DNA from: Octopus sinensis | Taxonomy: Eukaryota | Assembly (NCBI RefSeq): GCF_006345805.1 | Contig: NC_043014.1 | Coordinates: forward strand, 25,296,001-25,360,000 | Length of the DNA: 64,000 nt | Direction: 5' to 3' | Shown here: in pieces, positions 46,127 to 59,666 of the stretch | Layout: every line of letters starts with the position of its first letter | Numbering within the stretch: position 1 is the first letter of the stretch | Position numbers and translations under genes: made by a program | The notes under the pieces: generated by a model | Database searches by the model: none | What the model was told of the DNA's origin: nothing | Seen by the model: only the letters and a program-made list of their open reading frames with translations

Positions 46127-48890
46127 GAGAATGATTGCGGCATTATTTGCAACCTTAAAAAGGTTGATTGATGGAAATTGAACCAAGAAACGAAAAATGT
46201 CGATGAAATTCTGAAATACATCAGAACAAACAACACCACAGAAACAAATAATTTGATCAAGGCAGTAAGTATTGTTGTAGCAGAAAACGTGGGTGTTGAT
46301 GTCAAGGAAAAGAAATATTATGGGAGTGACAAAAGAAAAGATCCATGGTGGAAAAGAAAAATCCAGGCAGGGTTAGACATGCTCTCGGAGGAAATCTCTG
46401 TGTTAGACCGAAAAGAGAAAGGGGAGCTTAAAAGTGAACAAAAATACAGGGTGCTGGAAAGGAAGTATAATATTGAAAGAAAGGGCCTGAAAGTTGTAAT
46501 GGAGGAACTGAAACAGTGCCTCTTTGCAAAGAAAGCAAAGATGGTAAGATACGACCAAAGAATGAAGGATTACCACCAGAATAGGTTAGAATAGACCAGA
46601 AGAGATTCCATAAAGAAATAAATAGAGAATGTACAGATGGAAAGTTGATACCTGATAGCATTGAAAGTCAAAGGTTTTGGAGTGACATCTGGAGCAAAGA
46701 CAAGGAGCACAAGAAGGATGCTGAATGGTTTCAAGAACTGAAACAAACAGTAGTCTGTCCAAAACAGGCAGAACTAGTCATTTCAGTTAGGGAAGTGAAG
46801 GAAATCAGCAAAAAAATGAGCAACTGGAAGGCTCCAGGACCAGATGGAGTCCAAAAGATTTGGTGAATGTCATGCACGAATAGCTGCACAATTCAACACC
46901 TTGTTAAATACCGACCAAGTAACACCAGAATGGTTGACATTGTGCCTCAAAAACATCGAAAAGACAATACAGTAGACAATTACAGGCCGATATCCTGTTT
47001 GCCACATATGTGGAAGTTATTGACTGGAATACTCGCAGAGTCAATGTACGAACATCTGGAAAAAAATGGTGTCTTGCCACATGAGCAAAAGGGTTGCAAG
47101 CATAAGTGCAGAGGTACCAAGGATCAACTCCTGATAGACAAAACTGTACTTAGAGACTGGAAGAGGAGGAAAAGTAACTTAGCCATGCCATGGATCAACT
47201 ATCATAAGGTGTACAATATGATCCCACATTCTTGGATTATGGAGTGTATGAACTTATTTGGTAATGCATCGAATATTGAGTGATTGCTTGAAAAAAGTAT
47301 GGTGAATTGAAGGACGGACCTGACAGCATATGGAAGAAGTTTAGGGTCAGTAGAAATTAGGAGGGACATCTTCCAAGGGGACTGTGCCCCCAATGATCTT
47401 TGTCCTGTGCTTGATACCACTAACACTGATTCTGAGGAAAGCAAAAGTTGGGTATGTATTCAAAAGCCGCCAACAAAAAGTTAACCATTTGTTATTCATG
47501 GATGACCTCAAACTTTTTGGTAAAGATGAAGCCCAAGTCAGTTCCTTCGTTGATACGGTGTATACCTTCAGTGCTGATATCAGAATGGAGTTCGGACTGA
47601 GAAAGTGTGGAATGGTAGTCTTGAAGATAGGCAAAATCAAATGTATGGATGGGCTAACAATACCGTCAGGGGAGGTTATGGAGCAGATAGAAGAGATGAG
47701 CTATAAGTACTTGGAGATTTTGGAAATGGATAAATTGATGGAGAAAGAAATGACAGAAAAATTTAAGGTGGAGTACTTGTGCAGACTGAGTCTAATCCTT
47801 AAGTCAAAATTAAACAGACGGAATAAGATTGAAGCTATCAACACCTAGGTGGTTTCACTCCTTAGTAATTGCATGGACAATAGACAAACTAAACAGCTTA
47901 GACAAAAAGACAAGGAAGTTACTAACTAGATATGGGTCACTCCACCCAAAAAGTGACACAGACAGAGTGTATGCACCAAGAAAAATAGGGGGAAGAGGAC
48001 TTATTGGATGCAAACACAGCATTAGAGCAGAAGAAAACAACATAGCTTGGTATGTAAAAAATGCCACAGAACCGCTATTATTAGAAGTAAGGTCAGGCTT
48101 GTGTAGGATGAAAGATTGCAAAGATTAAGCACTGTACAAGCACTTGAGAGTGAATGAAACTGAAAGTAGGTGGGTAAAGAAAAGACTGCAATGGTCAATT
48201 TTATAGGGATGTTGAAGATAAGACAGAGTAAAAAGATGGCTGTGGATGACTAAAAGTGATTTAAAACTGGAGGTTCTAATCTGTGCTGCCCAAGAGCAAG
48301 CACTAAGAACAAACTACATAAAATACAGAATAGACAACACAGCAGAAAGGGATAAGTGCAGAATCTGTGGACAAAGCAGTGAAACCATATGGCAATGTAT
48401 GCCACTAACCCAGAAGGAATATGAGATGCCACAATATAGCCAGGCTTGTCCATTGGACACTTTGCAACAAGTATGAACTTGACAGAGCAAAAAAATTGGT
48501 ACGACCACAAACCTGAAGGCATCGTTGAAAATAGACATGCAAAGTTCCTATGGGATTTTTTGATTCCGTGCGACCATGAGATAGAGAATAGGAGGCCAGA
48601 CATAGTCTTAATTGAGAAAGAAAACAAGCTATTCTGGATCATAGACATAGCATGTCCAGCTGACAACAAGGTATGCGATAAGGAAGAAAGAAAAGTTGAG
48701 AGATATGACAGGTTAGCTTGGAAAGTTAAGCAGTTGTGGTCGATAGTACCAATAATTGTTGGAGCCCTGGGAACAGTGAGTAAAAATCTTGAGAAGTATG
48801 TGGAACAAATAGGGCTGCAAAAAGGGTGGAGCACTTGCAGAAAACAGCACTGCTTGGAACCGTTCGAATACTCCGGACAGCGTTAGAAGC
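46125..48890 (+). mobile_element. R4/Dong-clade LINE D2, 5'-truncated
   Basis: Starts directly after (AAT)n. Motifs [46 protein letters not shown] and RRPDIVLIEK (RLE). Confidence 0.92.
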
Positions 48891-50189
48891 TGTGCAAAGG
48901 CAATGATAAGAAGAACAACAACAACAAGACAAAGAAGAATGTCAGCTTTGACAGGAGCTGGATGTGTTCTTTGCTGCTCTGACCTGTCAACAGCTGAAGA
49001 AGACACCAAAACACTAATACAACCAAGTGGGACAACAGAAAAATAACTCTCAAAGACTGGGATATCTACAATTTTCTGGGAGTATTTTAAATTTCCCTCA
49101 AAATAAGGTAAGAAGCTTACATATCTACACTTTTCAAATACACAAATGATCAGCTTTAAAACCTTTAATATCTACAACTGCTGTGAATACCTATCCTTTC
49201 CTTTTCCCCTGAGTATTCGGAAATGTAAACATCCTTTTTATTCTAAGACCATTACAATTTTCTCTGTTCAGAAATGCAAAAGATCATCTTTAGTGTATTT
49301 TAAAACTTTAATATCTACAATTTTCTGTGAGAATTTTAACTTTCTTTTCTCCCTGGCTACTCAGATATGTAAACATACCTTTTATTGCAACAACACAATT
49401 AAATGCACGATAAAAAATTAAGGAGGTAAGCACCTGCCAATACATACAAACTGCACAATTACAAAAACTGTGTACCACAGCAAAACTTATAAAAGGAAAA
49501 TAATTTTTTTAAATAAAAAAAAAATTCAGAAATTCAAAAATTCAATGATGTGAATTTCAGTATATATATATTGTTATTTTTCTATCAGTTATTTAAAATA
49601 GTATAAGACAAATTGGTTCCTTTCAAGGCCAAGGTCAGTGCTCTCATTGATTGCTACTAGTAGTAAACACATTTGACCTCTACTCACCCTAAGGGCGTGA
49701 AATTTCTTCTGTCTCCTGATCACACAGGAATGCAAAAGCCCATTGTTGATCTCCTCACCATCTGCAGAACCTATTTACAGACCTGTGGAATTTGGTCTAT
49801 TCACCAAGCTGCTTCTCTTCCTCCTATTATTCCCTTCAACCCTCACATATTTATGATTATCTCAAGTACAAGACAAAAGTTAAAACTAAACAACATTTAA
49901 TAATACCACTCAGTAGTAGTAGCAAAGATGAGAGATTTAAATAGATAAAAGCTTTTCTGTTGCCATGGCTACAATGGTTAACCACAACACAAATCAAGGC
50001 ACTATTGGTGGTAACTAACGATGAGCAATGCTGTAAAAGCAAGGTTAAAGTAATGGTGGAGTCAACATTAGTTGCAGAGACAACAACCATCTCTACATCT
50101 GCCACAATACAGGATTCAATACTAATAATTTTAATGTAGCACAAATATGTCTAATGAAGCAAAAAGGAAAACTAAAATAGTACACTAAA

Positions 50190-53100
50190 CCGCTTGTCCT
50201 ATGGTTAACCTGGAATCACGTCCCCCAGGAGAGAGCCAGCCTGGGATCAAACTCCAGTGGCACAAACTCTTCTCTGAATACAAACCTGGATGGTCACTTG
50301 AACGGGAACTGCCCCAACTTGAGCCCTCCAAATGCAAGAGGATCAAATGGACCCGAGGAGTGTATACAGAAGTAATATATGCCTAATACTTTGCATTAGA
50401 CAGGCCATCAGAAGAGAAGCACACCACACACTCTTATCAAATATGGAGAATGGAGAACACGAAATCGAATTAGCAGACTATATTTGGATGAAAACAAGTT
50501 AGCAAATGTTAGGAAGGATATCTTAAGAAATAAAAGATTCACAGATAGTGAAAAAACTGCAATCAAGCACGTAGTGGAAAATGACCTAAATATAAGACAG
50601 CAAGGAAATGAAAAACTAGATCAAGAGAGCAACTCTCCACGAGTCTCTGTTGAAAGACTGCCATCTGACTAGAACATGCAAACATCTGGAGAAATAAATT
50701 GTAATGAACCTGATAAAGATAGCGAGGAAAGTGGTAAGAAACAATATTTGAAGACTACAAATTTACTGAAAAACATAGAGAGTCTATGATAGAACTGAAG
50801 CAGAAAATCATGAATAAGTTTGCATTTGTAAGACATAACAATATGTATGATAGAGAACCATTTCATAAGCCCTGAAATATAATCCAAAATAGAAAACAAA
50901 TTAAAATTGGAAACTATGTAACAAAGGAAATCATATAAGAACTAAAACCATATCTCACTGAATTAAATGAAATTATTTAAGCAACTGCTAAGACAATTGA
51001 AACAAATTGTATGCCTCTGAAAAAACAAAGAAATACAAACCTGAGAAGAATTCCAAGCTGGTAAAGTAAAATTGAAAAAGTGATTGAAATGATGAGAGGT
51101 GAAATATCAATATTGAATGAACCAATCTGTGGAAACGATGTAAAAACCAGAAAAGGAAGAAAGATGAAGAGAAAACATAGATTCTCACCAAGAGAACTGC
51201 TTTCAGGAAAAGAAACACTGCAACATAAAGTCCAAGCAAAATCTCAAAGAAGATAAAGATTTGAGAAGAGAAACAAATTTTACAAACAAAACAAGCTGTT
51301 CACATCCAATGTGAAAACAAACCATTGAAGACCCTACTGCCATAGAAGAAGTTGAAAACTTCTGGGAAAATATCTGGAGCAATGAAAAGACTAACCATGA
51401 AAATGCAGACTGGATTAGATGCATAGAAGGATCCTACCAAAACTTACCAGAACAAGAGTGGGAAGACATCACAATAGCACACCCAAGGATGACACCCACA
51501 AAGACTCATAAGTGGAAATCTCCTGGTAATGACAGAGTGCCAAATTTCTGGATCACTTCGCTCCCGTGCACACATGAATAGTTAGTCCAGTTATTCAACG
51601 AAATTCTGAGAGATCCCACAAAAACACCTGATTGGTTAGCAAGTGGTATTACTTACCTACTTCTGAAGAATAATGAAATCAAATTTCCCCAAAACTATTG
51701 ACCCATAATATGTCTATCTATCATGTATAAAATTTTAATGTCCATCCTTGTGGAGAAAACATACAAATTTATGGAATAAAACGATATTTTCCCCACTGAA
51801 CAAAAAGAGTGCCAACGAGGCTTATATGGATACAAAGACCAACTCTTAATCAGTCGCATGATCCTTGAGAACTGTCATAATAAATGCAGAAATCTCAGTT
51901 CTGCATGGATTGATTATAAAAAGGCCTTCAATGGCATACTGCATTCATGGATCCTGAATTTGCTGGATATCTTGAAAATTTCTCATATGATTTCAAACTT
52001 CCTGAAGCACATGTCAATGTGGAATATGAATCTCCAATTATACCATTCTAATGGAGTACTGACCACAAAAAAAATATTAATATCAACTGCAGCATTTTCC
52101 AAGGTGACTCACTTTCACCTTTAATTTTCTGCATAGCCCTAATACCCCTTACAAGTGAACTGAACAGAACAGGGTATGGATATAAAATTGGTGACAAAAT
52201 AATAAGTCATCTATTTTATATGGATGACTTGAAACTCTATGGCAAAGACGATAATGAGCTCGAAGGACTACTACATACTATGAAAGCATTCAGTGATGAC
52301 ATTCGGATGGAATTTGGTCTTGATAAATATGCCAAGGCCACTTTCCAGAAAGGGAAACTGAAGACATCACATTCAGTGGTGTTAGATGTTGTCACAGTCA
52401 TAAAAGAACTTGAGCAGGAACAAACTTATAAATACCTCAAAATAAATGAGGGCTCTGGCATTCAACATGCAAGTATGAAAGAGATGATCAGGAAGGAGTG
52501 TTACAGGAGAGTTCAAGCAGTCCTAAAATCCGAGTTAAATGCATGTAGCAAGTTGTTAGCTATGAATTCCTTAGCAGTTCTAGTTGATGTTTATATTTTT
52601 AATGTGTTGAACTGGAATATGAGTGAAATAAGGAAGATTGGCAAGAAAATCCATAAGCTGCTGACTTACAATAAGATGCACCACCCTAAGGCAGATGCAA
52701 ATCGTTTTTACCTACCCAGAGCTCAAGGAGGTCAAGGCTTGATGCAATTTTAAATCTACAAAACCACCACAATTGGACTGGTAAAATATCTCGAAACATC
52801 TAATGACTGGATGCTAAAGCTCATTGAAAACCATGAAAGATGTAAGAAGTTTCATTCTGTTACGAAGGAGAGCAAAAAATTTTCAAGTGAGTTAATGCAT
52901 AATACCCAGGTTGAATGGCATGAGGTAAGTGCAGTAACTGTAGTTGCAAAGAAGGTGAAATGAATAGGAGAACAAAATGCACTTGAACAATTGGCTGATA
53001 GGTGGGAATAAAAACCTCTGCATAGCAAATATGCAGCCCATAGCAAACAAGCTGATGTTGACCAGAAGTTACACCTATCAGTGGCTACAGAGCTCAAGGA

Positions 53101-53923
53101 TAAAGGCAGAGAGTGAAGGCTTTATCTTGGCTGCCCAAGATCAGAGCTTATTAACCCAGAACTATCAAGCCAATGTGATGAAAACTGGTGTAGACCCAAA
53201 GTGCTGATACTGCAATGATGGGATAGAAATAGTGGACCACCTAATCTCTGGATGTAAGGTTTTAGCACCTGTAGAGTATGATAGAGTTGGCCATTATTTA
53301 CATTGGATGTGTCAGCATAATAAATTCAAAACTGCTGACAAATGGTACAAGCACTACCCTGAGGCTGTAACTGAGGAAGAAAATGTAACCATTCTTTGGG
53401 ACTTCCCAGTATGTACAGACTGGACCATCAAGGCAAATAAACCAGATATTTTTGTGAAAGACAATAGCAATAAAGTCTGTTTATTGACTGACATGAGCAT
53501 ACCCTGTGACCATAATAACTCAGCAAAAGAATTTTATAAGCTCAGAAAATATAAAGATGTGGCATCTCAAGATGGCTACAATACCAGTGATTGTAGGAGC
53601 ACTCGGAATGATCAAAAAAGGAACTAAAAATTATTTAAGAATGATCCCTGGCTTACCATCCATGCAGGAAGTGCAAAAGATTGTCTTAAGTGGGATGTCA
53701 CACATATTGAAAAGAGCATTGTCGCTCTGAATTTTCTTTACTTTTTTCCCCTTTGTTTTATTTGTTGACTTTTCTATTTTTATTTGTTCCTTTTTCTCTG
53801 TCACATGATTCTGTAAATGAACAATCTGGTGTGTTTGTTTTAATGGCCTACCAATGTATACAGTATGTTTCTCTGCTCTAGGTGTCAGGAAGACACTCGG
53901 CAAGAAATGGAAACAGAACTGAA
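50190..53923 (+). mobile_element. R4/Dong-clade LINE D3, near full-length, degraded
   Basis: N-terminal KWTRGV...DENKLANVRKDI. RT AWIDYKKAF, HLFYMDDLKLY and HHPKAD...GGQGL. C-terminal HLISGC...LA and KANKPDIFVKD. The probable 3' UTR ends at (AAT)n 53924-53946. Confidence 0.9.
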
Positions 53924-53945
53924 AATAATAATAATAATAATAATA

Positions 53946-54565
53946 AATCATATTATCTCTGGCTGCCCAGTCCTGGCTAAGAAGGAATATATTCACAGAC
54001 ATGACAGAGTTGGGACCTACATACACTATGCCAACATTATGGAATAACAACAGAAAAAAGATGGTATAGGCACACACCAGAAAAGGTCACAGAAAACGAG
54101 AAAGCAACCATACCCTGGGATATGCCGATACACAGATAGAGAAATTAAGGCCAACAGACCAGATATAGTTGTCAGAGATCATGAAGAAAAAAATGCTTTC
54201 TAATTGATGTATCAATACCAGCAGATAACAACGTGTCTCTAAAAGAAATGGATAAACTTTCAAAATACAAAGACCTGGAAATAGAGGTGTCAGAATGTGG
54301 AATCTAAAAACAGAAACAATTCCTATCATAGTAGGTGCATTAGGCATGATAAAAAAATATTCAGACAAATACATAACAAAAACACTAGGACTTACAAACA
54401 CATATAACATACAGAAAATTGCACTACTAGGCACTGCACACATCCTACGCAGAACACTTTCCATACAATAACCATCAGAGCATCACAACAAATCACAGCA
54501 CATACCCAAGGCACACAGAGCTGCACTCGGTAGTGAAGTGAAAGCACACTATAAAAATAAAACTA

Positions 54566-54568
<3 letters not shown>
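53946..54568 (+). mobile_element. R4/Dong 3' fragment D4 flanked by (AAT)n on both sides
   Basis: NHIISGCPVLAKKEYIHRHDRV...KANRPDIVV...IPIIVGALG, then a 3' UTR and (AAT)n at 54569-54657. Confidence 0.92.
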
Positions 54569-54658
<90 letters not shown>

Positions 54659-54704
54659 CGGAAGAAAATTTGAAGAAAGAAGGAAAAATAATAATAATAA
54701 TGTT

Positions 54705-55690
54705 TTCTTTATTAATGACTAAAATTTTACACTAATGGAACTGGCTGATACAATATAATACAATGTAGGGTTACATAAAAGTGAGGAAGCAGTAAAACAA
54801 TAAAAATAACAAAAAAAAAAAAATTCAAACAAGAAATAATTTCTCAGAAGTGAGGTGGGAGGAGCCTCCAAGGGCTGCTCATGGAAACCCCTCAAAACCA
54901 TGGTCACTCTCACCACTAGGATAAATTCCTTCTTTGCATCCACCTCCTTCAGTTTACAGGTATGTGCTCAGAGTAAGCATGTTCACTCTGACCATCCTTG
55001 CCACTCTCATCCACCTTTTAACAAATCTCCACCTTCACTTTCCCTTTCAATTTAAACTTGAAAAATTTGATGAAGGCCCAATCAGAGAGCAAGGTGTCTG
55101 TCTTCAACCCTTTTAGTCTGGCTGACCACACAATGTCTTTTGCTAAGGCCACCGGACAGATAAATACTGCTTGTCCTTCTTGATCAAAGGAAGACAGTGA
55201 GACAATTTTCACAATAAACTCAACCGATAGCTGAATCTGCCAGTTGATTCTCATCAATGCCAAGTGTCTCTCCAAGAATGCCGTCATACCAATCCTCAAC
55301 TGAATGCTGAAATGAAACTTGCACTGACCACAATGCCTAACTGGCAAAGGTTTGTGAATGCTTTACAACACTCTAGATGCCAGGCATTCTGCCTCAATCA
55401 ACATTTGATCCAGGACTGTAGCTCAATTCATCAGACAAACTGCAGAAAAGTAAATCAGATGACCTGTGGCTACAACCACTCACTGTCAAGAAATTGCTAG
55501 AAATGCTGAAGCTTCATCAGTCACAGCCATACCCAGTCTGCTACTTAGCAGATGTTGACAACAAACAGAGCACCTGACCAGTGAAATGCATCCCTTTCAT
55601 AAAACTCTTAAGAGCAAGTGTTGCAGTCTGATGAGCTGTAAATTGGCTGCTATGAGCACAACCACTATGTATTAGTAGTCACATGCATTG
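54705..55690 (-). mobile_element. Element K: 3' fragment of a Tx1-clade LINE
   Basis: ORF 55018-55347 (VALAKDIVWSARLKGL...FIKFFKFKLKGK) aligns with the ORF2 C-terminus of F. AATAAA on the minus strand at 54708-54713. Confidence 0.8.
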
Positions 55691-55711
55691 TAAACTTTAA
55701 ATTGATTTAAA

Positions 55712-56950
55712 TTGATCAGGAAATAATGGCTGCTCAAAGTGTTGTGTTTTGAAAAGCAATTTTATCATAGTATTTTAAGTGAATTTTGACATACTTAATG
55801 ATTGATGTATGCTCTTTAATAATTTTCTACTTATTTCAAACACAAAGCATTTTTGAAGCATAGGTACCCTTAATTATGAACATGGCAAAAAAAGACCTTC
55901 CCTTACTTTCTTGCATGAGTTCAAGCTTGGGCACAATGCCTCCCAAACTGCTGCCAATATCAACAGAGCATGAGGAGAGGAGTCCACAAGTGATCACACA
56001 GTACGAAGGTGATTTCAGAAATTCCATAAGGGTGATGAGAACCTTAAAGATGAAGAAGGTAGAGGACAGTCATGCAATCTTGACAATGAGCTATTGAAAG
56101 CAATTGTTGAACAAAACCTACATCAAAGTGTCAGAAAAATATCTCAGGCACTTGGTGTTGGAATTGCAAAGGTCTCACACAATCTGCAGAAAATTGGTAA
56201 GATAAAAAGCTTGATAAATTGGTACTGCATGAGCTCAATGAAAATCAAAAAGTTCAGCATTTTGAAGTGTGCTTGATGCTTCTTTCTGCAAAACACCAAT
56301 GATCCTTATCTTGACAAAATAGTCACTTGTGACAAAAAGTGGATTCTTTATGATAACCATAAACAATCAGGTCAATGGCTTGATTGTGGTCAGTCCCCCA
56401 AACATTTCCCAAAGCCAAAGTTGCATGAGGAAAAGATTATGGTGACTGTCTGGTGGTCTGCAATTGGTTGTCCATTATAGCTTTCTGGAAGCCAATCAGA
56501 GCATTACAGCAGAGGTTTACTGCAACCAACTTGCTGAAATGTATGCTCATTTGCAAAAAATGAGACCTGCATTGGTGAATCGGCATGGCCCAATTCTGCT
56601 CCACAATAATGCAAAGCTACATATTGCAAGAATGATGCTGCAAAAACTCACAAGCTTGGGATATGAGACTCTGCTACATCCTCCATATTCTCTTGATCTT
56701 TCACTCATTGACTACCATCTTTTTAAACATTTAAACACGTTTTTAAGTGATAAAACTTTCAGGTCCAAACCAGAGGTGGATCATCTTTCAAAAATTTCTT
56801 AGCATCAAAGCCAATAAGTTTTTATCAATGAGGCATATATAATCTTGATTGATATCAAAGATGCATAGATGTTTAAGCTCATACTTTGACTAATGAAAAC
56901 ATCAATTTTTCCAGAATAAAATTATGTTTCTCAAATCAGCTATTATTTTG
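55712..56950 (+). mobile_element. Mariner transposon, cecropia/Hsmar1-like, near full-length pseudogene
   Basis: LHEFKLGHNASQTAANIN, IVTCDKKWILYDN, KPKLH..K.MVTVWW, PALVNRHGPILLHNNA and HPPYSLDLSLIDYHLFKHL. Weak TIR match AAATAAT(G/A)GCTG at both ends. Confidence 0.9.
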
Positions 56951-56992
56951 GGAACCACCAGGGGTCTATGGGCCTCAGGTTAGGAATCACTG
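56950..56992 (-). mobile_element. Terminal fragment of a hAT (Charlie/Buster-like) element
   Basis: Minus strand reads CAGTGATTCCTAACCTGAGGCCCATAGACCCC. The flanking CTCTAGGT resembles the NTCTAGAN hAT target consensus. Confidence 0.55.
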
Positions 56993-58220
56993 CTCTAGGT
57001 GGTCCTATATAATTATTTTCAAAATAGGATACAATTGACTGTGGAATAGCATCATCTACAAGTTGTTCATATCCATCTACAACATCATCAACTGGCAAGC
57101 AGGCAAGGGCAAAAAAACACCTCATTTTTAGACTAAAACTGTCATCTTCATGGTATCTGCCTTTTAGTCCTTCTTGTACAACATGCTTGTACACATTTTG
57201 TCCTAAATGAAAAACAAGTAGCATGCCAAATTCAACCCAGGAAATGATTCCAGAAATCCATTATGGGTTGCTTTCTCAAAATCCATAATTATATTATCAG
57301 GTCCCTCTTTCTGCAGTAATTCATTTATTTTGACAAAAAGTCTACTATATGTGTCTTGACTTTTGTCAGAGAGTAGTGCAAATAATCGTAGGGCATTGAA
57401 ATTATTAATTTGAATGTGAAGTATATATAACTGAAAAAATATACTAGAGCAACACTTAAACATTCCATCTACTGCCCAGTTCTTGTGCTGTTTTAACTGT
57501 CAAAGTGCTTCGTCACTTGCAAACATTAGTATTTGTTTTGAATCATCTGTCCCACTGTCATACTGTAAAAACGTTTCATCATTGTCAAGGGAGGAGTACC
57601 CACTTGGAATGGAAAGCCCAACATTTGTAAGTGGGGTGGCAGGATAGTTGGAATCAGCTTGCTTCCAACATCTAATATTCCTATTAAGCTGTGCAAATGG
57701 AGGTATTTGCCTTCACTAACGATAACTGAACAAGGGGCATCATGAGATGAAATAGACTTTACTTTAATATTTGAAACTATTATCCTTGCATTTACCTCTG
57801 CAGCAGTTGAAGTGTGATTATAGATCCCAATCTTCTTAAGCTCCTTATAATTTCCATCTGTTTGAAGTCTTGCCTTGCATACATGATTTTTGCACCTCCA
57901 GTATATCTTCAATCCATCTGCATTCTGCTTATTTTTTGTGTATATATAATTTTCTTGATTGACCACTTTGATTTTTCTTTTTTCTAAAGTTATGATTTTG
58001 CAGGTAGTTGTGTTGATGGGTAGGCATGGGGAGTAAGAAAGGAAAAATGTATCTAAAACTGTCCAACAACAATTTTAATTCTAAAATGATTGTTCTAAAC
58101 TTCCCTTGAAAATCAAATTTAAGAGTATTTTAGGACAAATTGGCCTGGGATCAAGGACAAATTGACTGGGGACAAATTAACCAACAACAAAATAACTGAG
58201 GATGAATTGTCCTAGCACCC
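56993..58220 (-). mobile_element. MULE (Mutator-like) transposon with FLYWCH zinc finger, 3'-truncated
   Basis: YIYTKNK...KIYWRCKNHVCKARL...YNH (57526-57966). MULE core AVDGMFKC...FFQLYILH...IIMDFEKA...FPG...C.FHLGQN. Terminal region 58133-58220 has GGACAAATT sub-repeats and ends GTCCTAGCACCC. Confidence 0.88.
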
Positions 58221-58770
58221 GTGGGCTTTATGCAACACTTTGCCACTCTTGCCCAGAGTCACAGAAGGCTGACAAAATCCATCCTACATTTTGACCCACT
58301 ATTCATCCCAAACATGCTATTGAAGTGCTGCTGCAAAGCCAAACACATCTACTAGGAGTCAAGTAACATGTACCCATTATCTTCAGCTTAGGACTAAATA
58401 GTGGCTTTGTTGTCACGTTGCACCTTCATCACTCAAGCCCATCCAACTGCTTTCATCCAATGTCTTAGAGTACACAACATAAATTTGATAACGCAGCCTT
58501 TGTACATTGTGTTGAAGAATTGGTTGGTTAAAAGTGAATACTTTTCCTAAGCACCACTTCTAAATTTCTGACTATTCTATTGTTCTCTATCATTATGACT
58601 TATCTAAACCTTATCACTTCTGCTCTAATACCCTTTTTTTTTTTAGAGGGAACTATCATTTGTTGTTAATTACTGGCCCTGTCAATGCCCACTTTTAACT
58701 AATTTTCTAATCTACAAGCTTGTCACACTGGGAGCAATACCTTCTGCATCAATGAACCCGGTCTCAGGTG
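58221..58770 (-). mobile_element. Element L: internal Tx1-clade ORF2 fragment (EN-RT linker); ORF1-like remnants may extend to ~59420
   Basis: Nucleotide similarity to 31200-31760 and 36500-37030 (GGCTTTGTTGTCAC, CCCTTTT...AGAG, TTAACTAATTT). Confidence 0.7.
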
Positions 58771-59549
58771 TGGCACATTGATTATCTTTTATTTTTACTC
58801 CCACCAAAGTAAAATGGTATAAGGACCAGTTCATCACTCTTTAGGTTTGTTGTGGAGTGATTCCTGGTCTTATCCCCTGTACTTTACTTCCTGGTGACAT
58901 AAGATTTGGTGCCTCAAATTCATCTGAGGCACTTTCCTTTTTGCATTGTGTCCCTTGCTCTATTTTCCTATTTTTTGTGGCTGTTATTTTGAAACCAACC
59001 TCAAAACCTCAAAACTAGTTTTGAGGTTGGTTTCTTGCAGGACAAATTTCAGTATGTTAGTATTTTGTCCATGTTAATGTTTTCCACATTAAAAAAAAAA
59101 ATTGCTGATGATAAAACAAATGTTACTTTTATCTGACAGACAACATTGGTGAACTTTCTTATGCTAGATTTGCAAATTGTTGTATCTTCATTTATTTTGT
59201 GTTGGCATTAATGGTGGTGGTGACAATGGAAGTGGGATGTGCTGGAGTGTTAAAAGGACAAATGTAATATTTTGGATTTTCTGTTCAACATTCTCATCTT
59301 GCTTTTCTTGTCATTGTTGCTTTTATTTTTCTTCCTGTTGTTCTTTTCATTTAACTTGTTGTTGTTCCAGTCAGCAGTGGTAGTGGCAGTGGTGGTAGTG
59401 ATGGGGTGCTTTCTTTTTAAAACAAGTTTTCCAATCTCTTATGTTACTCCCCTGACATTTTGTCAAAAAACTTTATTGCTATTTTTAGAAAAATGGATAA
59501 ATGTTACAAAACAAAACGCAAATTCCACCCCAAGGAGATGAACATTTCA

Positions 59550-59666
59550 CAAAGCCAACAAAATCCAATAACAACAAGTGTCTTGCTCAAGGACACAACA
59601 CACCACCAGATATTGAACTCACAACCTACCGATTGTGAGCCGAATACCTTAACCACTGAGCCATAT
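59550..59666 (-). mobile_element. tRNA-derived SINE head
   Basis: Minus strand: A box TGGCTCAGTGG, B-box-like GAGTTCAATATC, then GTGTCCTTGAGCAAGACAC. Confidence 0.8.

Noticed and set aside
15171-58770. Strand bias: most Tx1 copies are on the minus strand and all larger Dong copies on the plus strand
   Set aside because: The copies are not independent. Tandem target-specific insertion fixes orientation, and numbers are small.
59600-59666. tRNA-like sequence with A and B boxes
   Set aside because: No complete cloverleaf; it continues into a SINE body, so it is called a SINE head rather than a tRNA gene.
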